Positions 47,060-60,342 of a stretch of DNA of 64,000 nt are shown piece by piece. The stretch is from Hamiltosporidium tvaerminnensis FI-OER-3-3 (lineage: Eukaryota > Fungi > Microsporidia), in assembly GCA_022605425.2 (NCBI GenBank), contig CM061249.1, positions 1,054,001 to 1,118,000 of the forward strand, written 5' to 3'. The translations under genes and the position numbers were made by a program. The first letter of the stretch is position 1. Each line of letters begins with the position of its first letter. The notes below the pieces were generated by a model. That model saw nothing but the letters and a program-made list of their open reading frames with translations, was not told the origin of the DNA and did not search any database.

Positions 47060-50000
47060 ATTTATTTAATAAAATTCTGGGTTAACAAATTTTCTCTCGT
47101 TTAACTAATTTCTTCCATCACTTTAACCACTTTATTCTCTTTTTCTACATCCGACTTATCATTAATGTCTATCGTCGGTTCCTCTGGTCTGGTTACGTCA
47201 TCTAAAATAAGGGGTAAAATATTTTTTGAATTTACTTGTTTAACACTATCTTCCTCGTTCTTCACTTCTTTTAAGGGGGGTGTTGGCTGTTTATGCATCT
47301 CAGCTCCTATAATAACACTTAATGACGCTCTCTCCCAGCTCTCTTCGGCACTTGGTCCTGACTCAATTCCTCTTCGTCGATCGAAGGAAATCATTTCGAC
47401 TGTTTTCTTAAGTACTATGGACTGAATGTATGCCTCTACATTTATGGGTATTTGTAATCTTTTAAGATAAGTCTTATGGTATTTTGTCACAATACCGTCC
47501 CATGTTATCACATAAGGAATTATCTCTACACTACATTTGTAAATAAGACCCAGCTCATTTGTTAATAGGTCATACTTCCTAAGTTTCTCTGTTTCAACTA
47601 TTTGAAGTGAGTCTTGGGAGGTGATTCCTACTTCAATGAGGGTAATCTTATTTCGTCTCTTGTCTAGAATGAATATATCTGGCTTATTATTTCGAATTTT
47701 GACATCAGTTTTTATTCTGGTGTCCACTCTTATCTCTGCATACTCATTATCAAGAATTTCTTGAACTGAGTTGCTTCTGATTCGTTTTGAAGACTTGAAT
47801 TTATATTTATTTAACAAGAGCAAATGTATACATCGTACCACTTCATTGTATCGTCTAGTATAGTCATGACCAAGCCTTTTTTCACATCTCGTTGCTAAAT
47901 GGTCTACTGTTTTTCTAGACGTGTTGCAGTGTTGACACACACCTTCTGCTCCCCAAAATACGTTTCTATCCTGGATATAGCAGAACACTGCTTCATCACG
48001 CGGTCTTACACTTTCTTTCTTTAACATCTCAAGGAGTTATTCACATATAGCAGCTCGTTACTTCTAGCATTATACAACTTTGAATTCATTTCGGTTTTCG
48101 ATTTCGTTATATAACTTGGCTGGTTGAGCTTCATCTAATTTATTTTAAGTGACCTCCTCTGCCATCCCGTATTTTACTTGTAAAAAGTCTTTTATTAGTG
48201 CAAGATGGGTTTTATTATCATTCTCCACCTTAAGGATTGCTGCTCTTCTGGTCGATGTTTCTTTAGATTTTTCCAGACAATCCAAGAGTTGCAAAAGCAT
48301 ATGTTCGCTTTTGAACTCAACACTATGAAGACCTCTCCCAAGTTCTGTTCTGGGAAGGTACAGACGCTCTTTACATCCTGGGCGAAGATGTATCTTGTTC
48401 TTTACTAAAACTGCACGTACTGCGTCATCCAACTTTGAGAAGTCGCCAGGTTCAAGTCGAAGTACACCTATATGATAGTTTATTAGAGATATCGCATGTT
48501 GATTGATAGCTTGAAATAAATTTCTTGCATTCAATCTCGTGCGGCAAAGTCTCTCTACCCTCGCTATCAGTTTGGTTTGTACTTCCTCAAACGACTTACG
48601 TGTTGGAATTCCTCTGCTATCTTCTATTATTCCGAGGTATTTGTAAACACCCATTCCTTCAAGAAGAGTAGCAGTATTCTCACAACACGAATCATTTGTG
48701 GCTGACTTCTCTCTGTTTATTTCTAATCCTATATTTTTCATAAACATTTTTACCTCCTCCGTCATCTTTTCAAGCGTTGTTCCATCTTTGGCAAGGAGCT
48801 TAAGATCATCAATGAACAAAAGATGATTGGTAGAGTGGGATGCATCCTCCGTTTGTATTGTCACCTTTGCGTATTCTTCATTGAGTTTACGGCTCAATGG
48901 ATCCATACACAGCACAAACAATAAGGGTGATAAACTATCTCCCTGTAGAATCCCCTTATCAATCTTCTTGTTCATAATTTTTTCAGACCCTACCGAAATA
49001 TCAATTTTCCATTTTGATATTGTTACCTTAATAAATTTCAGGATCCAATCAGATAAATTAAGGTTTTCGATGACTTGTGTCAAATAAGCATGATCTATTG
49101 AATCATACGCCTTTTTGACATCAATCCACGTTGCCTTAAGATTGTTTCCATACTCTTTATTAAGAGCAACATTTAGCAGGGCCTGCTCCTTCGCTCCTTG
49201 CACACCTCTCACTGCACCCAATTAATTATCTGCTAGTAACCCTCGCCTCTCTACCTCAAACTGAACAACTTTTGTAACACACTTTGTCGTCAGCTTGTAA
49301 AGGTTTGACATACAAGTTATTGACCTATAGTCGTAGCCTTTTTGTGGTACGCTTTTTGGAATGAGATACGTTAGCCCATGATAAAACCAATTAGCTTGTG
49401 GTGTTCCTTCAAAACATATGGCTTTCACAATATCATAAAGATACTTGTGAAGAGTCGTAAGTTTCTTGATATAAAAATTGTAGATCCCATCAATTCCGGC
49501 GGCTTTCCAGTTAGGAAGCCAATTGATAATATCTACAAATTCATCAAGTGAAGGAAACGTGGCCTGGTGAGTATCCGGAACGAAAGGTATCAGATACTCA
49601 TCATAAGTAACTATTTCATTATTTTTGTTCCACATTGTGGACCAAAAACTTACAATTTCGTCACGATTAACCACATGCTCGGATTCCACACGCTCAGACA
49701 GGCCACGATAATATCTACCTCGGAACAGCTCAAACATACGATTCTCTTTTCGGAATTGCTTCTTATTTTCGTACATCGCAAGTTTTTTTTCGTAAACAGT
49801 TATCAGCTCATTCTTCTTAACTAAAGCCTCCGATAGATCATTTGTTTTTTTTAGGTCTAAATTAAACTCTCGCATAATTTTTTTAAGACTTTTAGTTTGA
49901 GAAGAGGAGAGTTCTTCCCGTCTACGTGCTTTCTAGAGGATATCTTTTGAAAGTTTTAACACTGAAATTTTACTCTCAATGCTTTCTTTCCACGCTGATC

Positions 50001-50857
50001 TTGGCCTCTCTTTACGTGTTTCATCGTCATAACATACCTGGGCTGTCTGGATAATTCGGGCAACGTCTGTTATCGTCATAGGTACATGAGAGTCAGCATA
50101 TTCACCGATTATTCGATTAATAAGATCAAGAACTGTACTGTCAACCAATTCATTTGGAAGCTTTCGAGTTCGGACTACTACTTTTCCGATTTCCTCCTCA
50201 GATATTTTTTTGATATTACTCGAGTATTTTTCTCTCAGGCTTATAAATCGAGTAGTATCGGTCAAGGAACATGGCTCGGCGAGACAAGTGGCGATTCGAC
50301 GTCGCTCTCCATTCTCTTCCTGCCTAATTTCCTCTTCCGTCTTATTGTGTGCCATTCGTTTTAGCACATCGATAGTTTCGGTACAGGAGAACTTCTCATT
50401 ATAGTAGCTCTGTATCTCTTTCCATCCATTTCTAGGCATTCGGTCAAACCTTGTTTGTACTGCAAAAAAAACACATCGAATAAATTCTTGACGCTCGGCC
50501 TCTATAGATCTGAGTATGGATCGGAGTACAACGAGCCTTTCGGAAATAGGTATGGTACAAAGGTTTGGCCCACTAGCAGCTATATCTGGCCTAGGGGTCA
50601 CGGTGCTTGAATGCATAGGGTTAGATGGCGAGGGTATGGTGTTAAGCAAGCATACCTTTGTGCTTGTGTTTGCTTCGCTTGGTTGTATAGAAATGTTATT
50701 TATGATGGTGGATGGTGTGTATGAGCTTGGCTGTGGAATTCCCTGGTCGTTTTTACACTCTCTAATTACCTCATCCACTTCACTTGCCCTGTTTGCAGCC
50801 TTTATAATTTTTTCTTCTTGTTTTTCGCTGCCTACATATTTTCTTATACCCATCCTT
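47060..50857 (-). mobile_element. Near-full-length single-ORF non-LTR retrotransposon, RT + CCHC + restriction-like endonuclease (R4/Dong-like), inactivated
   Basis: RT motifs WKAAGIDGI, YRSITC, WIDVKKAYDS, GILQGDSLSPLLF and LLFIDD; CQHC..DHLATRC; KPD..LIEVG..EKLRKY. Four ORFs are joined by in-frame stops (49933, 49222, 48145) and a frameshift near 48030. Perfect 13-bp TSD AGAATATTAATGA (47047-47059 / 50858-50870). Confidence 0.95.
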
Positions 50858-50907
50858 AGAATATTAATGATATAAGAATATTATGATATAAGAATATTAT
50901 GATAATA

Positions 50908-51636
50908 ATTTTTTTCAAAAATATCACATCGTTTTAAAATAGTGGCAAGTGTATTATTTGTTTTCATGACATTAACGCAGTTCTAGGTTTAACATAAATA
51001 ACTGCTACCCCAACACTCCATCGGTAAACCCTGCGATACCTACGTCCCAAAGCCTTTCATCTACCAGGTGTGTAGAACCTAATTACTAGGCGAGACAGTT
51101 GCCCGGAGTTCGTTAATGTCCGTTGCATGGAGTGTGATCGAAGGCCGAAGCCCCCCCTGGGCTCCCCCAAGACTATGCAGCATTCTCACTTACTCTACAC
51201 TTTCTGAACCCAATAAACTTCTAGCTAAGATATATTTCGGAGATTTACACGAGGTCTACCTAGACAGTGCAATGTCATACCAACAGGTATAACCTGCTAC
51301 TTAGCTCTCCCGGCTTTTAATGGTTTTTTGTTTTGTATCTCCCAGGCGCTAAGTCTTCTAACCCGAGTGAGCAAGGCTAGGTTTCCATGCTTTTACATGG
51401 CAATTACCTACATGTTCAGCTGCGGTCTGCAATCTGGTTACATAAAAAACTACGAATAAATTTGTAGAAAAGTTTCGCCATTTCGTAGACCTCTCCTCTT
51501 CATAACAACTCCCATGGAACAACCGAAGATGTAGTGTGGTTTTATTCTCACCAAAAATCCAAACAATGACCTCACACCAGTTTCACACACTCATTGCCAA
51601 GCAGAAAGTTTTTTATGTGGTTATCCTCCCTCCACC
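50908..51636 (-). mobile_element. ~725-nt SINE-like element, copy 4
   Basis: Full length, with its own 13-bp TSD TATTATGATAATA (50895-50907 / 51637-51649), separate from the LINE TSD. Confidence 0.92.
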
Positions 51637-51758
51637 TATTATGATAATATAATATTAATGATTAGGAATAATAAGGAATATAGAGGTTTTATCGGAGCTA
51701 AAAACATCGTTGATTTTGTTTATAAAATAGTAGATTATAATTAAATACTAAAATGCTT

Positions 51759-52700
51759 GGTGGATGGAGGATAGTCAGAGTTAAAATTTCTGGTTTAAAG
51801 ATTGGTTGAAAATTGTGTTTAGTTCATTGTTTTGGATTTTGAGTGAAGAAAAATACCTTACGTTTTTGAGCATTTCATGAGAATGTTTAAGGAAGAGGGT
51901 CGGCGAAAACTGCGAAACTCCTTCAACAAAGAAGGGTTGTAGTTTTTTTATGTAAATTAGATTAAAAATCATGTTTATATGTTGGAGGTGAAGATATGTG
52001 AATCGACGTATGTAGAGGTAGAATATCTCCGTTGATACAGTCAATATCATTCGAATAAGTGGGATTTGCCTTTAGCTGGCAAACTAACTGTCCTAAATTT
52101 AATGTCTAAGACAAATCTTGAATTTTTCCAAGCTCTTATCTAGTTTTGGATTTTTCTATTCATATGAAATTTCGCAAGTTTAAACTAATAATATTGGTAG
52201 TTGCAGCTTACATATGGGTAATGCTATATAAAACGTGTGAAATTTAGCCTTGCCTATTCAGTTTGAAGAGCTGATGTCTACGAGATACAAAAAAACATAC
52301 TTTTTAAAGAAACAGAAAAGCTTAATAGACGATTATATTTGCTGGTTTCACATCGCTAGGTTTAGATTGATTCAATGTAAGTCTTCGCGATATATCTTAA
52401 CTAGAAATCTATTCGGTTAAGGCTCTTAAGTTGCGTGAAAAAGACCGTTTGTCCCAGGAAAGGCCTATGTGTGGTTCGACTTGCGATTTTACTCCATTAA
52501 CGTATATTAAAGAACCTTTGCTGTTTCGCTCATTAAATGGGCTTTACACACCCTTTAGATGAAAAACTTTGGTACTTAGGTATCTTAGGGATCCGAATGA
52601 AGCACTGTGTTGTCTTTAGAAGTAAAACCAAAAACAGCGTTAATGCATTACAATTGCATCAAATATTACACTTAACAATGACCTTAATTAAATTAAAAAC
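51759..52700 (+). mobile_element. Old, divergent relative of the 725-nt element with a ~230-nt internal insertion
   Basis: Collinear anchors GGTGGATGGAGGATA, TCATTGTTTTGGATTTT, TTGTAGTTTTTTTATGTAA, TAGCCTTGC, GATATATCTTAACTAGAA, TAGGTATC and GCGTTAATG. Confidence 0.7.
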
Positions 52701-53272
52701 TTCGAATAATATTTTATCAATTATCGATATTTAGAGCAAATCAAGTGAATTTTTATATTTCTGTAAATAACAAATTATTCACTTAAATATTATAATTTAA
52801 GACTGTAAAGTTACAGAAAATTTTAACGAAGTAATTAATAATTATTGACACTTAAAAAGTTTTATGAATTTAAATCATGTGTCTACAAATACTATATATC
52901 TGAGCGTTTTCAAATGTATAACACTTATTTTTAAAGAAGCAGAGGTTTTAATAAAAAAATAAATTGTTTTAAACATAGAATATTGACATTTTTGTTGTTT
53001 TTCTAGACCAATTTCTAGTTTTTAATCTTCAAAATTCACATTTAATATTTACAATATATCATTTTGATGCTTCGATTCGAATAATGGAAGTAAATGTTTT
53101 CTTCTATGATATTTTTATTTCGAAATACACATAGATCAAAGATTTTATTCTTATAATTTCGCAATCTGTAACTGTTTTGTCTAAAAATTCCCTTTTTATA
53201 AAACCAATTTATTTAATTAAAGAAAAAACATTTTTATGAAAACCATAAAAGACTGATCTATATGCCTCATAG

Positions 53273-54573
53273 ATGCGCACAGTATGTTACTTCGTCAAAA
53301 AAAATACATTTTTATTCCATATATTCGTAGTCGTATGTCTATTCGAAAGAATTTTATCCAGACATTACAATATTGATGAATATAGAGACATCTTTGTAAA
53401 AAAGTCGCTGGATTTATATTATAAAAAAACGAAGGAGCTGGCATCGTGGCTTAGAGCTGTTGATTATACATTTCTATTCTGCTATGATAGCCAGATCAGA
53501 GCCTTTGCTAATGTATTATCAAATCATATACAAGCGAAATCCTCCAATAACTACGAAATTAATATTAATATACCAAATAGTAAGTCTACAAGAAATATAG
53601 AGCGTATAAAGCTAAAGTTATTTAGCATAAATCGAAAAATTAATGACATATGGTCTATATCTAGCATTAATTCTAAGAATAATTGTCAAAGGAGATACAA
53701 AGAAAATGTTATATTTTTGCTTGTAAAAATAAATTTAAAATAATTTTAGATAAGATATTTCGAATGCATAAATGCATAAGAGTTATTACGTGCAGATTCA
53801 ATAATTTAAATAACCATTTTGTTTCAATAGAAGATACTTGTAAAGGCATATTTAAGAAAACACCTAAGAAGTATCTAAGCTATTATATAGATATTTTGCT
53901 TAATTCGAAAAATGGTGTATGGATTAAGGTATTCAGTGAATTCGAAAATTTCGAAGAAAATATTGATAAAGATAAAATGATAGAAATTTTTAAAACTACT
54001 CAGCGCGAAATGTTATGTTTCTCGCATTTGAATTGCACATTATATATCATTGATAAGAGTGATTTAGCATTAGACGAAAGTACATACAGAAAGAAATTCT
54101 TAAAGAAAAGCATAAAAAATCGGTACAAGATCTCATTTCATTCTACACTGCCTAATATTAAGAATGAAACAACAGTATTTCTTTTAAGACAAACTTTCAA
54201 ATTTGAAACTTATTTTTTCGTAACAGAATTCGAATATTTATATTCAACGAAAAAGTCTGATGATTCAGAGTACAAATTTAAAATTTTACTAAAATTTTCT
54301 TCCTTTACATTTGAATTCCATTTTAATTGGTATGTTACTAAACATCCATTTAATAGGTTTAGGCCCGATTCTTTATATTACATTTATGTAATAGCAGGGA
54401 AATTTCCGATATACTTGAAGTTTCACCTAATTCAAAACGAAATTTATTTCAGAATAGAAAAATCAATCACTATAGTGCCTTCTTCGAATTGCGATTACAT
54501 CAGAAATCTCCAAAATCCCGATCGGGATTTTACATTACAGCAATTATTTTATTATTTGGAATTTAAAAGATAA
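53273..54573 (+). pseudogene. Lineage-specific hypothetical gene split by one frameshift (about 53683-53743)
   Basis: Two overlapping ORFs (156 and 296 aa) are collinear with the 34250-35566 paralog. Could also be a sequencing indel. Confidence 0.7.
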
Positions 54574-55337
54574 AGATTCGGTTGAATTTAATATATTCCA
54601 TATATGAATACGGATATATTTCTCCATAATAGAAAACTTTTGAATAAATTTTTGTTTTGAATTTCTATTTAAAATTGCTTAATATTGGTTAAATTTCCTT
54701 TTATTCATGTTTCTAGTGTTCTTTTTTATGCATAGGCATATTCTTTGCTTATTATTATATCTAGATATTTCGGTTTAAAGATGATTGCAAATGAAAAAAG
54801 GTTTAGGACTAGACATTATAAATACTCCTTTTACTTTTGCTAGTGTATTTTCAAGTTCATGATTTTAATAACTTTTATCCAATCAAGTTACACAATTTGA
54901 ATAATTATATCCCAAAAGAATAATTCGATTTAGGTACTCCTTCTATATTTCATGCATGCGTTTGAATTTCTTTTGTAAATCAAATATAATTTTCGACATT
55001 TAGTATTTTAAATATTAAACTTTTTACATTTTCTATTGATTCAACTATTTGATTTACAAAAAATCATAAAAATGATGCATTTCGCAAAGGCTGGATATTT
55101 TAAGTTTTGTCTGTAGAATCGGACTTATTGATAAAATTTTTCGAAGTTTTTTGTCAAACAGAGGAATTTTTTTTTAGTATCCTTGAACTTGGTAAATAGA
55201 AATCCTTTAATTTCGTTCTTCAGTATAGATAAATGCATGTTGAAAAACAGAATATGATTGCTAATGTTTTTATGCTTACCCGGTTTTATTTTTACTATGC
55301 TATATTTACTGATCTTGGAGATAAAATAAAGGTATGA

Positions 55338-55565
55338 ATCATCAACGGTACTACAGCCCTGCACGAGCCTTTGCCCCCTTCTGTAATACCGACCACTGGT
55401 CTTTAAGTAGCTTTGTTTACTTTTTCAGGTTTAAAAACAAAGTGGTTTTAAAGGGTGGGTTGTCAGCACTACGCCTAGCCCGGAGGACTAGTCCCTTTTA
55501 CTCGCCACTTACGACAAGACGAGAATATTTCAAGCCAATTATGCTCCGGCATGGTGGAGACAAGG
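55338..55565 (-). mobile_element. ~230-bp bipartite RTE-like SINE (copy B)
   Basis: Its reverse complement aligns with 8666-8895. The 3' end GCAAAGGCTCGTGCAGGGCTGTAGTACCGTTGATGAT resembles RTE-clade 3' termini (AKARAGL* plus a GAT tail). Confidence 0.7.
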
Positions 55566-56619
55566 ATAAAAATAGACAGGTATTAAGAAAAAAAGCTGAG
55601 ATAGATGCTCAATATGTGATAAAGCAAATAAAAAATCGCGAATTTAGATTTTAAAAAACAGCTTAGCAACCAGATGAAACATTTTTTAAACAGTAACTCA
55701 GTTTTTATTTTTTATCGTGGATTTTTATTTTAACTGTAATTTAGACATTTTAAGAAAAACTTTTTCTTCCTAAATTTTAATTCATCTAAAACCTTAAAAT
55801 TGAAAAAAAAGCTGCAATAATATAAAAAACACCTTGAGTGTAACATTTCTTCTCTTCCATTTTTTCAAACAAAATTTACGATGTTATATGTGCCACAAAA
55901 ATATCAAGTTTGTTTATAAATTTATAATTTCCCGTTAATTCTCACATACAGCGTTTGCTTGAAAGTTGTAGAAGCCAAGCGTACGTTATTATCAGAATGT
56001 CTTTGTTGCGAACTTAGAAACTTCATAACACCTCTGATTTACAGAATAATTTTAGGAAAAATAATCGCTTCTTTTCTGCAAAAATTTAATTGCAGGGATC
56101 TTCTAGAAATTTGCAAAAATTATTAAATTATATATTTTTTTCTGCTTTAACTGGTTTGAAATATCTAGAATCAGAAATTTCAAAATTCACTTTTTCTCAT
56201 TATATTTTCTGCTGTGTTTACCAAGGTCGATGTTAATTGAATGAAGAAGAAAAAACAATTTTTGTATTTTAAATATAGTTTAACCACAAAAAAACAGGAG
56301 TTCCTATGTGTAGTAACATCTCTCGAGGCACCTAGATTGAAAGTATCTTTGATAGAGACTGCTGTATCATCAAAATTAAAGGATTTTTTTAATCTGTGTA
56401 ACTAAAAAGTTCTTTCTTAAAGAGGAAAGGTTTATTACTTTGGTTCTTTTGTTACCGTTCTGCCACCATTTGGGTTTTCAAATAGAATATATTTTATATT
56501 TTATAAGAAAATCCCATAACGCATAATCATGTAGTAGAATACTCCACTATGCTTTGTTGATATTTTACTAAATGATTTTTTTTTCATTGTTCTGTAAAAA
56601 TAAATGAATTTGAGCAACG

Positions 56620-57265
56620 CAGGTCAAGAAACTTTTGATAACGATATGCGAGATAAGAGTGAACACCAGAATAAAAACCGATGTCAAATTCGGAATAATA
56701 GACCTGAGATTCATATTTCATTATAGGTAGAAAGAAGATATTATACATTGAATTATTAATTGCTTCCCGAGATTCACTTAAAATGGTTGAAACAGAAAAC
56801 TTAATAAGTATGACTTGTGTGCCAATAAATTGGTTCTTATTTGTATGTATAATGTTAGAGATAATTTCTTATGTGATGGCATGGGACGGTATTTGATCAA
56901 AATACAGTAAATTATACTGCAAAATACTGCAAACACGAATGAATATAGAGATGTACATTCAATCAATAGTGCTTAAGAAGATTTTTGAAACAATTTTCTT
57001 TGATCGACGAAGAGGAGTTGAATCGAAACGAAATGCCGAAGAGAGTTTGAAAAGTTCAGAGATGGAAGTTATTGAGATATTTGAGGTGCACGAGGGGCCA
57101 ATACGTCCTTTAAGAATGTGTGTACCGAGGAAGATAGGGTTAAAATTTTTAAAAAAACCTAACCCTATTTCAGAAGGAGTAGTCACAATAGATAAACCGA
57201 TAGTACACATCAACAAAGAATTTAATTAGCAGAAAAAACGTTTTGGTAAAATAGATAGAAGTACA
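56620..57265 (+). mobile_element. Decayed 3' fragment of the R4/Dong-like LINE
   Basis: TRIKTDVK and MNIEMYIQSIVLKKIFETIFFDRRRG match the RLE region. Confidence 0.85.
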
Positions 57266-58703
57266 TAGTGTGTTTCAAGCAATATAATACCGCTTTGAAT
57301 CAATCTCATAATATTTCGAGCAATATGACAATCCTTGCTATCGAAATAATAATTATTTTTCACAACAAAAAATTTAAAAAATAAAAGATAAACAGTACTT
57401 ACTATGGATTATTTAGAAATCATTTGTTCTACTTTAGCCTTCTGCAAATATTTAACATTTTTCGATAAGAGGAACTACGATATTCTCCTGTGATTCATTA
57501 ATTTTTTTTAAAAAAATATTCTCAGGTGAGACTCAGTACGCTCACCACCTCGAATTGCATTATTTTTCCAGACTTTAAATATATTTTCAATTGGATTAAG
57601 AAGTGAAGAGTAAAGAGGAGGGTGTTTTATTCGATACAAGGCAATTTCTTCATCATCATCCAATCCGCGATAGTGATGAATTCTCGCATTATTTATTACA
57701 AAGATAGGACTCAATATACATGCCATTAACAAATTTCATCTCCTAATAGATAATTTGGAGTCCTCTCCATTTACTGCCCTCTCATGAATCTTATGGTATA
57801 TTATACCATATTTATTTATCGCTGCGACAACCGAAATATTATAATTCAGGCTACAGTCACAAATAGGTACGCTAATTTCCCTCTCATATTACGACCTCTA
57901 CTGGAACGTGTTACTACCTCAAATCCAACTTCATCTAAAGAGACAAAGTTTTTGTCTTCGTAGGCAACCTCCAACTCACAAAAAATAGTTGTGTAATTGG
58001 TTCTGAGCTCAATTTTAGAAGGTGAATTTCTACGCCCAGGCACTAATAATACACGCTTTAGAGTATAATAGAACTCTCTTATTGCGCGATAAATTGTACT
58101 AGTTGACACATCAATATTAAACGTACTTTAGACACATTCTGCTAACCAATGCAGGGTTTTCGTACCCTTAAAATCCACATAAGTTTGTAAGCTCTCTTTT
58201 TTTCCAAAGGCAACTTTGAGCGCTTATCATCACCTCTTTTCTCGACAAATACCAGGCCGGTTTATAAATATCGTCAAATGATACTATTAACCGTTTGGTA
58301 ATTTATTCGATACATTGAGGTAATTGCAGACTAGAATGACCTTCCAATGTCTTTGCATTTATGCGTTCCCGATCGTATTGGAAACTATTTGTTTCCTCGG
58401 GTTGGAATGGGGGTTAGTAACGGCTTTTCGTTGCGTGATCCCATGTTTCAACAAGACACTTAAAACCCTTGTCCTTTTTACACTTTGTAAATACTGATGT
58501 CGCCTCGATTGAAACGCTATTTGTTCTCGTTGGTATTTTCATGAAAAAAAGTTTGACATGGGAGCCAATTTTTAATGAAATGAATTATTTTGCACATTTT
58601 TATTTGTTAAAAATAATTATTATATTCATTGCAAGGATAATTATATTGATCGAAAAATTGTGATATTGATCGCAAGGATTATTATACTGATAGAAAAATC
58701 TTA
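57266..58703 (-). mobile_element. Degenerate Tc1/mariner DNA transposon, copy B
   Basis: STSTIYRAI (HTH), FVSLDEVGF, FVINNARIHH and PPLYSSLLNPIENIF. Terminal inverted arrays of ~21-bp units. Confidence 0.88.
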
Positions 58704-59285
58704 TATATTTGAGATTTGGTATACAGATCAGTGTTAATATTATTTTTACAATATAATTAAATTATTGTTGATTACAGCAAAATAAAAGGAATTTTGAGAT
58801 GACTTTAGCTATAAAATATTATTTTACAACAAAGTTAAATTATTGTTATGTATTGCAAACGAAAAAGAATTTTGAATTGAAAAAAGAATGACAGAAAAAT
58901 ACATTCAATTCTTTCTTAAAATATAAAAGTGAAATAAATTTCTATTTATCATATAAAATATTAAAATTTATTTTAATATTGAAATTATTTAGGTTGAATA
59001 TCGAGTCATATTTTTACCAAAAATTAAGTACAATAATTCCATTCTAAAAAACTTTAAAAAAAATGACGCTGATTATAAAAATAATCTCCGGATAGAATAA
59101 AGGTAACGAGAAATTGATTAATATAATTGAATATATCCTACTTTTGTGTTAAAATAATTATGTGTCACAAATAGAAAATATTTTTTATGAATATAATTAC
59201 TTCAGATTAAAAAGTCCTTGTTGTATTTATCTATATAAACATGAAATATTTATTTTATTTTAAAAACTAGAATATAGATCGTAAA

Positions 59286-60014
59286 CTTTATTTAAAAATA
59301 TCACAGTTTTTTAAAACAGTGGCAAGTGTTATATTTATTTTCATGACATTAACGCGGTTCTAGGTTTAACATAAATAAACTCTACCCTAAAACTCCATCA
59401 GTACCCCCTGCGATACCTACGTCCCAAAGCCTTTGATCTAACAGGTGTGTAGAACCTAATTAATACGCGAGAAAGTTAACAGAAGTTAGTTAATGTCCGT
59501 TGCATCGAGTGTGATTGAAGGCCGAAGCCCCCCTCTCTAGGCTCTTTCAGGACTATGCAGCATTCCACTTATTCTATACTTCTGAACCCAATATACATCT
59601 AGCTAAGATATATTTCAGAGACTTGGATGAGGTTCCCCTAGACAGTGCAATGTCATACCAACAGATATAACCTGCTACTTAGCTTTCCCGGCTTTGAAGG
59701 GTTATATTTTTTAATCTCCCAGGCCCTAAATCTTCTAACCCGACTGAGCAAGAATAATTTATCATGTTTTTACATGGCAATTACCTACATAATCAACTGC
59801 GATCTTCAATCTAGTTAAATAAAAAACTACAAATAAATTTGTAGAAAAAGTTTCTCCATTTCTTAGACCTCTTCTCCTCCTACAAACTTCCTTCGAACAA
59901 CCGAAGATGCATTGTGGTTTTATTCCCATTAGAAATCCAAACAATGGTCTTTACATCAGTTTTACACACTCATTGCCAAGCAGAAATTTTTTTATGTGGT
60001 TATCTTCTCTTCAC
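59286..60014 (-). mobile_element. ~725-nt SINE-like element, copy 5 (more diverged)
   Basis: Collinear with the other copies. 13-bp TSD with one mismatch, TATAGATCGTAAA / TATAAATCGTAAA (59273-59285 / 60015-60027). Confidence 0.88.
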
Positions 60015-60342
60015 TATAAATCGTAAAAATACTCATTTATTTTTATATTATTATTTTTATATTATTAGATTTATTTCCTTAGAACTATTTTAGTTTAAAC
60101 CAGAATATTTATAGAATCTAAAATTTCGTCTATATACATAAAAATGTTTCTTTTATAACTTTATAGATATCAAGAAAAGTATAAGCTTATATAGTTTTGC
60201 GTAGAATCTTAAAAAAATACGATATTGAATTAGGTTACGAATTAAAATGAATATGTATAGAATATCAATGGAATAAAACATGTTTTAAAAACGGTTTATT
60301 ACGAATATTAAAAAAAATATTTTATTCTATATTTAGAATAAA

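Noticed and set aside
50908-51636. 725-nt element as the 5' UTR or LTR of the adjacent retrotransposon
   Set aside because: Each has its own distinct 13-bp TSD, there is no copy at the LINE's other end, and there are no TG..CA termini.
53723-53749. 27-nt GT..AG intron to join ORFs 53273 and 53683
   Set aside because: The length is a multiple of three, so it does not switch to the required frame.
55800-56600. Decayed coding-like tracts (also about 7.0-8.4, 31.3-32.3 and 37.1-37.6 kb)
   Set aside because: No recognisable motif or reconstructable frame; not supportable as features.
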